From a virus, in UHGV virus genome UHGV-0098755: a stretch of 64,000 bases of DNA. One strand, written 5' to 3'. The notes beneath the pieces are model-generated. The model was given only the letters and a program-made list of their open reading frames with translations, was not told where the DNA came from and searched no databases. The position numbers were made by a program, and so were the translations under genes. Numbering within the stretch: position 1 is the stretch's first letter; the number at the start of each line of letters is the position of its first letter. Below are positions 48,500-58,797 of this stretch, one piece after another.

Positions 48500-48782
48500 T
48501 CATATCCTCAATCTGTGATCTAGTAGTCTTCCAAAGAATACTAATGAGTTCATCATTATATGGCTGTTTTAGAATATCCCGACTTTTCTTGATAGCATAT
48601 TCGTATTGAGCAAAATTATTGTTTTCAGCTGCAATCTGAGCGTGTTTATAAAGACGGTTCAGTTCGCGTTTGTTTTTAGACAATAACTTATTTGCTTTTC
48701 TTTCTGCTTCAAGACGGTTCTTTTCTTCAATAGAAGAAATAAGCTTTTCCACTTCATCATTAATTTCGGGTTTATCAGTCAT
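48465..48782 (-). CDS. Hypothetical protein (105 aa)
   Basis: ORF. Confidence 0.5.
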   Translation of the reverse strand: MTDKPEINDEVEKLISSIEEKNRLEAERKANKLLSKNKRELNRLYKHAQIAAENNNFAQYEYAIKKSRDILKQPYNDELISILWKTTRSQIEDMIDAYTRKIQAS

Positions 48783-48783
48783 A

Positions 48784-49002
48784 TTATTTCTCTAATATAA
48801 AATAAAAATCATCATCTGTTAAATGATACCGATAGTTTAATTCTACACCATTAGATTTAAAAGCGGTATCATACGGATTTTCTGGATCAATATCAATGTC
48901 AAGAGCTAAAACTTCCCTGAGATACATTTTAAGTAAATAGGGAATAGCTTCAACTTCAGGTATTTCTTCCAAGAATCCGGAGAGGTTAATCGTTAGCCTC
49001 AT
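48784..49002 (-). CDS. Hypothetical protein (72 aa)
   Basis: ORF. Confidence 0.5.
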
Positions 49003-49543
49003 ATAAAAAATCCAAACTAGGAGAATCGTCTACAACACTTTTCTTTTCAGCCCCCGGTGTTCTATAGGTTGATTCTTCGTAATGCGTCATTTTATCGTAG
49101 ATGTCTTGAATAAAAGTTTCATCTACTAACGCAACCATATCGTCGTCACGACTGTCATAGACATTGTGAACGAAGTAACTATATTTCTTTGCAACTTCCT
49201 TACGTTCTTTTTTAATACGTTGGACGAATGCATTAAAACAAGCTTGAGTTATATATGCATGTGGGTTTTTATATTTCGTTTCATCAAAATTATGAAGCCC
49301 CTTAATAGAAGCTTCTATACCATCTGCAATCATTTCTTGTTTCCAAGACTGGGTGTATCCTGAAAAGTTGAAACGTTTAGATAAGCCTTCTGCAATAAGC
49401 ATAATGGCTAATCCGATAGTATCATTCTGACGAACTACTTTATTTGGGTCTTTATTATTTGCTAATTCTGTTTTCCAATCAATAATAGCTTGTAAAAGCT
49501 CTTTATTGTTTACGTAATTATATTTAGGCTTAGTTTCTGACAT
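48986..49543 (-). CDS. 55: Late-transcription sigma factor gp55 (185 aa from MSETKPKY)
   Basis: 185 aa. Confidence 0.85.
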
Positions 49544-49625
49544 TTTCACCTCTTAGCTCAATTCATAGATCTATTATATCATAATATTTGAAGATCTATC
49601 TTAAAGCATAGAGGATGAATCAATT

Positions 49626-49841
49626 TTACGTATTCATTAAGTTAGCCGCTTCGAGAGCTGCATCTAGTGAATCAAATTGATCGACATATTCAATTAATTC
49701 GCCATAATTAGCATATAACCACCATTGGCTAAATTCATACTCAAGGATGAATCCATTTCCTTCAATTTGAGTTAAACCATTGCCGTTTGTATTTACTTCA
49801 TATCCGGCAAGACGCAAATCGTTAATAAGAGCTTCGTTCAT
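49626..49841 (-). CDS. Hypothetical protein (71 aa)
   Basis: ORF. Confidence 0.5.
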   Translation of the reverse strand: MNEALINDLRLAGYEVNTNGNGLTQIEGNGFILEYEFSQWWLYANYGELIEYVDQFDSLDAALEAANLMNT

Positions 49842-49843
49842 AA

Positions 49844-50170
49844 TTATACCTTAGTAATTTTCAGGTCTGCAAATTTTTTCTTGCGTTGATTTTTCATGCG
49901 ACGAATAGTTTTATCGGAAATTTCATGTTTTTGATAAGCTTTAGATTCTACGCCAAAAGCTTTAACATCAAATTCTGACAAGATATATTGAACTAACAAT
50001 TCACGGACAGTATTGCGTCCAATCTTCTGATCATTCTGTTTCATCGTCTGATGAAGCTCTTTTTCCCATTTATCCAAAATTTGAGGAGTTACAATATCGC
50101 CTTTTTCTAGCAGAGAAACTACTTTATCATATGCGTAAGAATTGATGGCGTTTTTAATTTGAATAGTCAT
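49844..50170 (-). CDS. Hypothetical protein (108 aa)
   Basis: ORF. Confidence 0.5.
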   Translation of the reverse strand: MTIQIKNAINSYAYDKVVSLLEKGDIVTPQILDKWEKELHQTMKQNDQKIGRNTVRELLVQYILSEFDVKAFGVESKAYQKHEISDKTIRRMKNQRKKKFADLKITKV

Positions 50171-50222
50171 ACATTATCCTCAATTACGTTAAAATTTTAT
50201 TATCCAAAAAGGGCCGAAGCCC

Positions 50223-50423
50223 TTAGCTAAACTGTTTGGCACCCTTCCAGCCTTCGTACATCATTGCGGCTGATATTAATATTGCTCCTGAGCAACTCGA
50301 ATATTTGTGATTCCAAAACCAGTTTAGAAAAACTTCATCATCAATACCTTGGGCTATCATATTTTCAAAGAACTGACGACGAGATTCGGCAATTCGTTGT
50401 GATAATTTAGATTCAGGATTCAT
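50223..50423 (-). CDS. Hypothetical protein (66 aa)
   Basis: ORF. Confidence 0.5.
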   Translation of the reverse strand: MNPESKLSQRIAESRRQFFENMIAQGIDDEVFLNWFWNHKYSSCSGAILISAAMMYEGWKGAKQFS

Positions 50424-50639
50424 TTAAATTTTCCAGTTACCGTTTTCATCAATAAATTTAATCCAGTCATTTACTGACCACTTAGTTGTATCACCTTTTG
50501 GAGTAACATTTAAAGTGTATAATCCTTGTTTAAAAAGCATACGTTTGATATTCATATTTTCCTCAGCTGTAACGATAGCACTCGTTTGATTTACGTTTAG
50601 CAACTCGTTGAGAAGTATTATAATCAAAATCATCATCAA
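50424..50639 (-). CDS. Hypothetical protein (71 aa)
   Basis: ORF. Confidence 0.4.
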   Translation of the reverse strand: MMMILIIILLNELLNVNQTSAIVTAEENMNIKRMLFKQGLYTLNVTPKGDTTKWSVNDWIKFIDENGNWKI

Positions 50640-50895
50640 TGTAAACTGATTTTTTCAACTTTCTTACTTCACTACGTAATTGACGATTTAGCTCATCTTT
50701 AACTTCTGAATCAATGCCTTTCATTCTACGCCATTTATCTGAGCGAAAAATGTTTTCAACCATATCTTTATGACTTACCCCATCAGGAGCTTTACGCTTT
50801 CCGAAATAGTCATAATCACGCACTTTTAAGTCTTTACGACGATACGTTTTACCCATGGAGTTTAATTTCCTTAGCAATTGAACTAAATGCAGCAC
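50563..50895 (-). CDS. Hypothetical basic protein (110 aa)
   Basis: ORF; overlaps neighbour by 77 nt so start uncertain. Confidence 0.4.
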   Translation of the reverse strand: MLHLVQLLRKLNSMGKTYRRKDLKVRDYDYFGKRKAPDGVSHKDMVENIFRSDKWRRMKGIDSEVKDELNRQLRSEVRKLKKSVYIDDDFDYNTSQRVAKRKSNECYRYS

Positions 50896-51031
50896 GATCG
50901 CAAATCATGCGTTTATGTAACTTGAGTATAATATAGCAAACTTCAAAACTATTTACATGAGTAACACGAACAGCATTACCATTCACGAGATAATACTGTC
51001 CCTTTTTAATTTCTTTATCAACCACAACCAT
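50849..51031 (-). CDS. Hypothetical protein (60 aa)
   Basis: ORF. Confidence 0.4.
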   Translation of the reverse strand: MVVVDKEIKKGQYYLVNGNAVRVTHVNSFEVCYIILKLHKRMICDRAAFSSIAKEIKLHG

Positions 51032-51189
51032 ATCAATTCCTCAAAGGTAATTCATATGTTAATAATACCACAGTTTGAACTTGTTGTAAACAACTTTGTG
51101 AAAATTATTTTAGGGAATGATAAGAAAGGAACGATAGCTTAGAATGGTAATATACAGAATGTGAGAAAGAAAGGCCCAGAGGGCCCGTC

Positions 51190-51498
51190 TTAATCTTCTA
51201 TGATATCTCTATCATATCCAAGTGAAATGAGAGTTTCTTTGAAGTGTTTAATGTTCTTTTGTCTAGAATCATTAATGAAAATGACTGGATAACGAATGTT
51301 AAGAGATGTGAATCCAGCGCGTTTAGCAAGAGATACAATCAGTGGACGATCATACTCAATCTTACCATTATTTGTAAGAACTTTATAGAAAGTAAAAGGA
51401 GCATTGAGCTCCTTTAGAAGTTTTGTAACTGATTGACATCCAGGACAACGACCTACTTCATCTGGAATTCCATAGACTTCAATCTTATTTTGTTTCAC
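51190..51498 (-). CDS. nrdH: Glutaredoxin-like NrdH (102 aa)
   Basis: CPGC redox motif. Confidence 0.7.
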   Translation of the reverse strand: MKQNKIEVYGIPDEVGRCPGCQSVTKLLKELNAPFTFYKVLTNNGKIEYDRPLIVSLAKRAGFTSLNIRYPVIFINDSRQKNIKHFKETLISLGYDRDIIED

Positions 51499-51500
51499 AA

Positions 51501-51713
51501 CTATTCCTTACTAAGAGCAGCATTCAGCTTGTTAGTAATTTTATCCAGACGCTCACTGAACTCACTGGAAGATAAGCCTTTTTCTGGAGAAATTAAACTA
51601 ATCACGAAAAATATAGCAATAAAAGGAATAAGGAAAATAGCTCCAACTGCCATAAACAGAAAGAATGTTACAGTTGTAAGAAAATCAGCTAAACCTTTAC
51701 GAAATTTATACAT
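51501..51713 (-). CDS. Small membrane protein (70 aa)
   Basis: Two hydrophobic segments. Confidence 0.5.
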   Translation of the reverse strand: MYKFRKGLADFLTTVTFFLFMAVGAIFLIPFIAIFFVISLISPEKGLSSSEFSERLDKITNKLNAALSKE

Positions 51714-51828
51714 ATTTTACCCTTAATTGATTAACCAAGCATTGATAAGCACTAAACTATATTGGGAATAAAATTCTGGACCAAAATGAAAAATCATATC
51801 ATTTATAGTATCCATAATGTAATTCAAT

Positions 51829-52299
51829 TTAATCATGTTTCCACACCCCATCGGTATTTGACCAAAGCCGCTGATTATCTGATCCTCGCCACAGCTTTTT
51901 GGTCGGAAGATTTTTCTCATACTTCCCATCAATAATAACATCAACATATTTAAGCATTTCTAGTTGTTTAATATCTTCAAACTTGTATCCTGTCCACAAC
52001 CAAATGCTTTTATTCGGATAAAGATTTTTTACCGTTTGAACAATGCAATGAACAACATCTCGGTTATCAGGATAAAGAGGGTCTCCTCCAGTTATAGTTA
52101 ATCCTTCTATATAATCATTATTCAAACATTCAATTAATTGTTCTAGTGTTTCACCAGTGAATGGAATACCATTTCTAGCATTCCATGTTGATTTATTATA
52201 ACACCCTTCGCATTTATGCAAACAACCTGTAACGAAAAGAACAACCCTGCAACCAGGGCCATTCACAAAATCGCAAGGATAAAATCTATCATAATTCAT
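51829..52299 (-). CDS. nrdG: Anaerobic ribonucleotide reductase activase NrdG (156 aa)
   Basis: Radical-SAM CLHKCEGC. Confidence 0.85.
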   Translation of the reverse strand: MNYDRFYPCDFVNGPGCRVVLFVTGCLHKCEGCYNKSTWNARNGIPFTGETLEQLIECLNNDYIEGLTITGGDPLYPDNRDVVHCIVQTVKNLYPNKSIWLWTGYKFEDIKQLEMLKYVDVIIDGKYEKNLPTKKLWRGSDNQRLWSNTDGVWKHD

Positions 52300-54113
52300 T
52301 GGTGTTTAACCCTATGCATGATTTCTTTATTTTTACCGAGATTAAATCCGCGTTCGTTCGGGTTTCCAAGATATCCGCATGTTCTTCTTATTGTGTTCAT
52401 CTTTTTAGGATCAGTTTCTCCACAAATAGAACAAACAAATCCGTTTTCAGTAGGAGTCATTTCATGGGTACTTCCGCATGTAAAACATTTATCTACTGGC
52501 ATATTAACACCAAAATAATCTAAATGTTGTGCAGCATAATCCCATACAGCCTCAAGACCTTTTAGGTTATTTTTCATATCAGGAAGTTCAACATAAGAAA
52601 TGTGACCACCTGTCGCAATGAAATGATATGGGGCTTCTCGAGAAATCTTTTCAAACGGAGTGATATTTTCTTCTACTGAAACGTGGAAACTATTAGTGTA
52701 CCATCCTTTATCAGTAACATCCTTTACACTTCCATATTTCTCGGTATCAAGTTTACAGAAGCGATAGCACAGGTTTTCAGCAGGAGTAGAATACAAGCTA
52801 AAAGCAAAACCGGTTCTTTCAGTCCACTGCTTAAGATGTGCATTCATTTTAGTTAAAATTTCCTGTCCAATATCACGACCGACAAGAATATTCAATTCGT
52901 GAATACCGATGTATCCTAGGGACACTGAACTTCTACCGTTTTTAAATAACTCAATTATGTCGTCATCAGGTTTAAGACGAACCCCGAATGCACCTTCTTG
53001 GTAAAGAATAGGAGCAACAGTCGCTTTAACTCCTTTTAAGGAACTAATTCTACACATCAATGCTTCAAAACATAAATCCATTCGTTCATTGAACAATTCG
53101 ATAAATTTCTGTTCATTGAATTGTGTTCCAATATAAGAATCTAACGCGATGCGAGGAAGATTCAATGTTACAACGCCAAGATTATTACGTCCATCAAGAA
53201 TTTCATTACCAGTGGAATCTTTCCATACGCCCAAGAAACTACGACAACCCATTGGAGAAACAGGAATAGATGAACCTGTGATAGCTTTATTATTCTTAAC
53301 TGAAATAATATCAGGATACATTCTTTTACTTGCACACTCTAGGGCAAGTTGCTTAATATCATAGTTCGGATCGTCTTTATAAAGATTAACACCTTCTTCA
53401 ACGAACATAACAAGCTTAGGGAAAATAGGAGTTATCCCGTCACGACCGAGACCTTTAATGCGATTTTTCAGAATTGCTTTCTGAATCATTCGTTCAGTCC
53501 AGTCAGTTCCCGTACCAAATGTAATTGTTACAAAAGGCGTTTGTCCGTTTGAACTAAAGAGAGTATTTACTTCATATTCGTAAGCTTGGAATGCATCGTA
53601 TACGTCTTTTTCTGTTTTAGATTGGGCATAATTCAATGCATCTGCGATTTGCCATTTTTCTGCATCCTCAATATGTTTTGCATAGGTGCGTTTAACATAA
53701 GGAGAAAGTACTTTATCTACATTCGCAAAAGTCGTTCCGCCATATTGATGGGAAGCAACCTGTGCAGTAATTTGTGCCATAATTGCAGTAGCAACACCGA
53801 TTGATTTAGGAGTTTCAATCTGCGCATTACCGAGCTTAAATCCGTTCTCAAGCATTCCTTTTAAATCTACTAAACAGCAATTAGTAAATGGAAGAGCAGG
53901 GGAATAATCAATATCATGGAAATGAATAATTCCGCTTTCATGCGCTTTCATAATAAAAGACGGGACCATATTTTTGGCAATGTGTTTAGACACAATACCA
54001 GCCATAAGGTCCCGTTGAGTTGGAAAAACACGAGAATCTTTATTAGCATTCTCGTTTAAAAGGTCTTTATTAGTTTTATGAATCAATCCTTCAATTTCTT
54101 TTTCAATTGTCAT
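52296..54113 (-). CDS. nrdD: Anaerobic ribonucleotide reductase NrdD (605 aa), uninterrupted
   Basis: Glycyl-radical motif RRTCGYLG near C-terminus; single ORF. Confidence 0.9.
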   Translation of the reverse strand: MTIEKEIEGLIHKTNKDLLNENANKDSRVFPTQRDLMAGIVSKHIAKNMVPSFIMKAHESGIIHFHDIDYSPALPFTNCCLVDLKGMLENGFKLGNAQIETPKSIGVATAIMAQITAQVASHQYGGTTFANVDKVLSPYVKRTYAKHIEDAEKWQIADALNYAQSKTEKDVYDAFQAYEYEVNTLFSSNGQTPFVTITFGTGTDWTERMIQKAILKNRIKGLGRDGITPIFPKLVMFVEEGVNLYKDDPNYDIKQLALECASKRMYPDIISVKNNKAITGSSIPVSPMGCRSFLGVWKDSTGNEILDGRNNLGVVTLNLPRIALDSYIGTQFNEQKFIELFNERMDLCFEALMCRISSLKGVKATVAPILYQEGAFGVRLKPDDDIIELFKNGRSSVSLGYIGIHELNILVGRDIGQEILTKMNAHLKQWTERTGFAFSLYSTPAENLCYRFCKLDTEKYGSVKDVTDKGWYTNSFHVSVEENITPFEKISREAPYHFIATGGHISYVELPDMKNNLKGLEAVWDYAAQHLDYFGVNMPVDKCFTCGSTHEMTPTENGFVCSICGETDPKKMNTIRRTCGYLGNPNERGFNLGKNKEIMHRVKHQ

Positions 54114-54583
54114 TTTAAACTCTTTCTAAGCTGCTTCTTGAATGAAGCTATTAATTGTGTTTTGGTGTCAGATTCATTATATTCAAATCCTCTTTGAAGC
54201 ATCTCAGCCATCATTTCCTCTTTTCCTAAACGAGAAAATTCCTTTGATTTATCTCCAACGAAGTTAGGGTGAATATTATTTTGGGTGTAATCGGATTTTA
54301 AATAAGTAAGTAAATTTTCTAACCATTCAAGATAATCAACACCTTGTCCCTTTAAGCCAGAACGATTAAATTTATGCTTCATTTGACCTTCTGCGGCATT
54401 GCAGAGATTACAAAGCAATCCACGTACCTTTCCTGCTTTTGGTCCATTTAATTCATGGTCATGGTCGAGGTGATTAGCTTGAACATCAGGATTTAGTTCT
54501 CGTTGGCAAATTAAGCATTTACCGTTTTGTGCATCATAAAATTTCTGTTTTTCTTCTTTATATAATTTGCCAGTCAATAACAT
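54110..54583 (-). CDS. 49: Endonuclease VII gp49 (157 aa)
   Basis: Zn-binding Cys cluster and HLDHDH motif. Confidence 0.85.
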   Translation of the reverse strand: MLLTGKLYKEEKQKFYDAQNGKCLICQRELNPDVQANHLDHDHELNGPKAGKVRGLLCNLCNAAEGQMKHKFNRSGLKGQGVDYLEWLENLLTYLKSDYTQNNIHPNFVGDKSKEFSRLGKEEMMAEMLQRGFEYNESDTKTQLIASFKKQLRKSLK

Positions 54584-54625
54584 AATAAAACCCTTACCTT
54601 AAATAGATAAGGGTATTTATTATTT

Positions 54626-55129
54626 TCAAGTATTGTAAAACATTTGATTCAATCGCTTATATTGCCGAATCTTTTGGTCAGAAAAAGAAATTTGGGTTTC
54701 AAGCCATTCAATATATTCTGCCGCAGCTTGCATCAGGTTACCTTCATAGCCATCGTTATTTTCTTGTGCAGCTAATTTAGCTAATGCGTATGAAATACGT
54801 TCACCTTGAAAATCGGCTTTAGGTATTTGAACATCTTGACTAGTTCTCTCTACAACTTCTTCAATTTCGCCATTTTCAACGGATTCAGTATTCCATAAGC
54901 ACCAATACGTAATTGGCTTATCGTAGATGTTAATAATCTTTCCATCAGAAAGTTCAATTTCAATAATTCCAGTATCAGGTTCTATATCATCTTCGCATTC
55001 TTTTGCAAGTTCACGAACTTTAAAGACAGTACCTGCACTAAGTTCCGGCCAGTAATTACATAGCCCTCTATCAGCACGATTAATTCTAAACCACTTATCT
55101 ACTGTAATCATGTCCCATCTCCATATCAA
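54626..55129 (-). CDS. Hypothetical protein (167 aa), pin position
   Basis: ORF; synteny only. Confidence 0.4.
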   Translation of the reverse strand: MIWRWDMITVDKWFRINRADRGLCNYWPELSAGTVFKVRELAKECEDDIEPDTGIIEIELSDGKIINIYDKPITYWCLWNTESVENGEIEEVVERTSQDVQIPKADFQGERISYALAKLAAQENNDGYEGNLMQAAAEYIEWLETQISFSDQKIRQYKRLNQMFYNT

Positions 55130-55234
55130 TTAAGTCATTTATCGTTGGTTCATTATATACTGTTTCTTCATCAGTGTAAACCGGTTCTTCCGGCTCTGGC
55201 TCTACAGTTTCCCATCTAGCCGCCCACCAAGGTT

Positions 55235-55555
55235 TTATAGCGTAATCCATTCTCGTACTGTCTGAGTTACTACACGTTCTCGAAGCTCAACCAGTTCAAC
55301 AGTAGGAACTGCATAATACCAGTCAGAATGGTAAGAACCTGAGCGAGATTCATTTACGGAAACATATACGTAGTGTTTTGGGCTAAAGTAAATTACTCGA
55401 CGATATTGGCATTTGCCTTGTTGAGTCCATTCTTCGGATTCAATCTGAATAAGATAGTCGGAAAAATCGAAATCATAGTTTTCCGAAAATGCATCATGGT
55501 CTTCGATGATTTCGCTCAGAACTGCATCAACATCTAATTTATTTTCAATAGTCAT
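55235..55555 (-). CDS. Hypothetical protein (106 aa)
   Basis: ORF. Confidence 0.5.
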   Translation of the reverse strand: MTIENKLDVDAVLSEIIEDHDAFSENYDFDFSDYLIQIESEEWTQQGKCQYRRVIYFSPKHYVYVSVNESRSGSYHSDWYYAVPTVELVELRERVVTQTVREWITL

Positions 55556-55566
55556 TTTTTCACCAA

Positions 55567-55776
55567 TTAATTTCGCAATTTATTAAGTTCTTCATAATCA
55601 ATCCAGGATTCTAATCCTGATGGCAAATCAGATTCAATTTCACAAAGAAGCTCTTCAATTTTCTGAAGACGATCTAATTCTTCAGCTGGAATAGTAACCA
55701 TTGACGGAGTTCTTGATACACTAATATCGTAAATCATATTTACCCCAGTTTGACCATACAATCGCCATATTTCCAT
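55567..55776 (-). CDS. Hypothetical protein (69 aa)
   Basis: ORF. Confidence 0.5.
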   Translation of the reverse strand: MEIWRLYGQTGVNMIYDISVSRTPSMVTIPAEELDRLQKIEELLCEIESDLPSGLESWIDYEELNKLRN

Positions 55777-55955
55777 TTAGAAATAGACTTTTCGCCGTTA
55801 GAATAATAAACTTCGAGTTTAGCGCGGCCATTTTTAATTTGAATAACCTTGGCTGTCATCAAAGTTCCATACCCATAGTAAACTGCAACTTCATCACCTA
55901 CATATACCGCGCTTCCGCGGTAATCATGGATATAATCAGTTCCTTCTAGCATCAT
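55740..55955 (-). CDS. Hypothetical protein (71 aa)
   Basis: ORF. Confidence 0.5.
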   Translation of the reverse strand: MMLEGTDYIHDYRGSAVYVGDEVAVYYGYGTLMTAKVIQIKNGRAKLEVYYSNGEKSISKWKYGDCMVKLG

Positions 55956-56215
55956 TTAAAGTATTCCCGCAATTGGTCAAATCCACCAATATGACTTCCA
56001 TCAGGAGCAAATACCTGAGGCATTGTCAAGCCGATTTGAGTATCACGACCTAGTTTAGTCAGAAGCTCAGCAATTTTCTCATCATCAAAAACACCTTTTT
56101 CCGGCATAATGTTGATAAATTCAAACGGCTGTTTCTTCACGGTCAAAAGACGTTTTGCATTATCGCAATACACACATTTGTGGATGTTGCTATCATAACC
56201 ATATACTTTAAACAT
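55952..56215 (-). CDS. nrdC: Thioredoxin/glutaredoxin NrdC (87 aa)
   Basis: CVYC redox motif. Confidence 0.8.
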   Translation of the reverse strand: MFKVYGYDSNIHKCVYCDNAKRLLTVKKQPFEFINIMPEKGVFDDEKIAELLTKLGRDTQIGLTMPQVFAPDGSHIGGFDQLREYFK

Positions 56216-56216
56216 A

Positions 56217-56474
56217 TTATTCCTTAATTCCTAGTACTTGTTTAAAAGTCTCGTCGTAATCAAGACTTTGGCCCGTTTGTTCTTTATGTTTGTATATAAT
56301 ATCACTTACTTCTGATAGCATATTTTTATATGAACGAGTTAAAGCAGATTTAAGCACGCTGTATCTATCAGGAAATTTACCATGTTCATTATAATACGCT
56401 ATTGCTAATTCACGGACTGCCTTTTCAGCAGTCTCCATATATTCTTTACGCTTGGTCATTTTCTTCTCGGTCAA
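56217..56474 (-). CDS. Hypothetical protein (85 aa), nrdC.1
   Basis: ORF. Confidence 0.5.
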
Positions 56475-56760
56475 ATCGGTGTTTACAATGGCGACATTTA
56501 TAACGAAGATTACTAGTCTGCCAATGAACTAATTGTACCTGTTCAGTACCGCATTCAGGACAATTAGGAACGTTTTTAGAAGCCCTTTCGCGACGTTTAA
56601 CCATGACCATTACAGAATCCCAATTAACAGGAGGGCTATAATCATCACAACCATGAATCTTTCCACGCATTTCCAAATCGTCTTCTTCACCGGCCATAAT
56701 AATTTTAATTAAACTGGAATTACTTGAAGCTGCAATGTCTTCTAATAGACGCTTTTTCAT
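56446..56760 (-). CDS. Zinc-ribbon protein (104 aa), nrdC.2
   Basis: CPECGTE...CRHCKH. Confidence 0.5.
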
Positions 56761-57686
56761 TTCAATACCTCAATAGCATTACGTAAACCATTTGCTTTTG
56801 CATTAAGAGCTTTTAACAATTTGGTGTGTTCTGCAATTTGGGCTTCAACTTCAATCAAACGGGCATTGAGATATTCACGTTCTTCACTCAGATTATCAAC
56901 CTTTTCTGCTTTAGGTTCTTTTACAACTTGCTTATATGTATTAGGGTTCTTCAGTTTAATTAGAATGCGTGAACTGTACAGCATTGAACCATTATCTTCG
57001 GTTTCGTCATACATTTCCACTACGTCCATCATCTCCACCATCGTGCAGAGTTTATAAGACAACGAACGAATAATTTTGTTGTGCTTATTAATTTCTCTAG
57101 CTGTCATGGTGCCGAGATTACGTGAGTAATAATAAGGAACCTGGATATTAATTAATACTGATGAACCACCTGGCTTGTGTGTTACTTCATCAGCAATAAC
57201 CCAATCCTTAACATGAACTGTATTTGTACGGTCATCGCCCGCGGTAAATAGTTTACGAGCATGCTTAAAAAGCATATTCACTTGGTCATTGAATTGACAA
57301 GCGAATTTATCAGCAAATTTAGTTTCGGGAATGGTAGATAACCAATCAGCCAAATGGGTCTTTTTAACATCGTTAACAATAGTAAATTCAACCAAATCGG
57401 TTATAGATGTCTCAGATTTAATGAAGCTCGGCTTCATAAAGTTTTTAATGTTATCACTAGCTACAGTAGAAGATAACAGACGAGAACGTTTAAACCATTC
57501 AAGCAAATTACCTAACGAATGAGAATAAGCGTTTTGAGTATCTTTACAGATATGATTTTCCTGGCCAACATATTGAAGGAAATCACGAAGAATATTATTG
57601 ATTACTGCCCTGTGTCCTATCTGATAATTACGATGTTTAGTAATAAGACTGTCAAAATAATCAATATAATGTTTACGAGTTTTCAT
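56757..57686 (-). CDS. Paralogue-family protein with C-terminal coiled coil (309 aa), nrdC.3
   Basis: N-terminus MKTRKHYIDYFDSLI; heptad-like C-terminus. Confidence 0.55.
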   Translation of the reverse strand: MKTRKHYIDYFDSLITKHRNYQIGHRAVINNILRDFLQYVGQENHICKDTQNAYSHSLGNLLEWFKRSRLLSSTVASDNIKNFMKPSFIKSETSITDLVEFTIVNDVKKTHLADWLSTIPETKFADKFACQFNDQVNMLFKHARKLFTAGDDRTNTVHVKDWVIADEVTHKPGGSSVLINIQVPYYYSRNLGTMTAREINKHNKIIRSLSYKLCTMVEMMDVVEMYDETEDNGSMLYSSRILIKLKNPNTYKQVVKEPKAEKVDNLSEEREYLNARLIEVEAQIAEHTKLLKALNAKANGLRNAIEVLK

Positions 57687-57738
57687 GTTCTTCTCACTTT
57701 GTTAATGATTTATACTCCGAGCCATCCTTGGCTTTAAA

Positions 57739-58740
57739 TTACTTAATTAACTGTAAAGCTTGTTCCAGACGATCAAGACGATTAACGGATTCTTCCCAAA
57801 TCTTTTTAGCCTGCTCATATTCTTTCTGCGCTTTATTAGAAATTTCTAGAACTTCTTTATAAGCTTTTTCTAGTGCAATAACTTCTGGACGAATTTCTAC
57901 CGGTTCAGGTGAATCATCAAGATTATCCATTAGTTCCTCAAGGGTAGTTTCTTCTTTAGGAGTATTCACAACTTCATCACATTTTTGTTGGTAAATTTCT
58001 TTATCAGTCGGTGAGTACGCGCACTTTACTTCACGAAGGCTAATTACGAGTTTATATCCTTCCCAACCGCATATATTCTTAAAAGGATATGTATGAATAT
58101 TTTCTACTGTTTCCATACAAAGTAATGCGGTCTCTAATTGACGAGTTATAGTACTAGCAATTGAGAAAAATTTATTAATATTCTTTTGGTTAGTTTCTGG
58201 TGTAAAAAATCCATAATTCACAAAAATAGATACTTTATTTTTATCAAGTTCATATTCTTTTATGATAATCATATCAGAAGCCAAAGGATGAATTTGACGA
58301 TAATCGCCATAACATAATTTAGAAGCTGATTTTAGAATCTGTCCTTTGAAAAGTCTGAAATTACTAATCCAACGACGAGTAAAAATATTCTCAGGGTCTT
58401 CTTTATTATTAAGATGATAAGAATTAACATCACCAAACCAATTATATCCTACTACATCTTTGGTTCGTTTAATTTCTTTCCCAAAATTACCAAGAATATC
58501 CCGATTAACCAAATATGAAAGAAGACGAGACTCTTTAAAGGTTTTCTTGATAAGATCTTTATCTACACGGCTAGAAATTTTACGAATTTCATGAATAAAT
58601 TTAGTAGAAGAAACAATACTTGCATCAACACTATTGAGCCATTGATTGATAATAGAAAGAACGATATTTTGACCAAACATCGGTATAGCTTTATCATCAA
58701 TAACGCTATTGAATGATTTGATATATTCGTTACGAGTCAT
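57739..58740 (-). CDS. Paralogue-family protein with C-terminal coiled coil (about 333 aa from MTRNEY), nrdC.4
   Basis: SD GAGGAG before Met11; ORF track starts at 58770 inside the promoter -10. Confidence 0.55.
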   Translation of the reverse strand: MTRNEYIKSFNSVIDDKAIPMFGQNIVLSIINQWLNSVDASIVSSTKFIHEIRKISSRVDKDLIKKTFKESRLLSYLVNRDILGNFGKEIKRTKDVVGYNWFGDVNSYHLNNKEDPENIFTRRWISNFRLFKGQILKSASKLCYGDYRQIHPLASDMIIIKEYELDKNKVSIFVNYGFFTPETNQKNINKFFSIASTITRQLETALLCMETVENIHTYPFKNICGWEGYKLVISLREVKCAYSPTDKEIYQQKCDEVVNTPKEETTLEELMDNLDDSPEPVEIRPEVIALEKAYKEVLEISNKAQKEYEQAKKIWEESVNRLDRLEQALQLIK

Positions 58741-58797
58741 ATTAATCTCCTCAGTAGAAAGTAAGAACATTATACCACATCCTTGTGACGAAGTAAA

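Noticed and set aside
51723-51947. ORF 51723-51947 (74 aa) overlapping nrdG
   Set aside because: The 5' two-thirds overlap nrdG out of frame. Only a possible about 37-aa ORF starting at the AUG overlapping the nrdG stop (about 51836) could be real, and I could not support it further.
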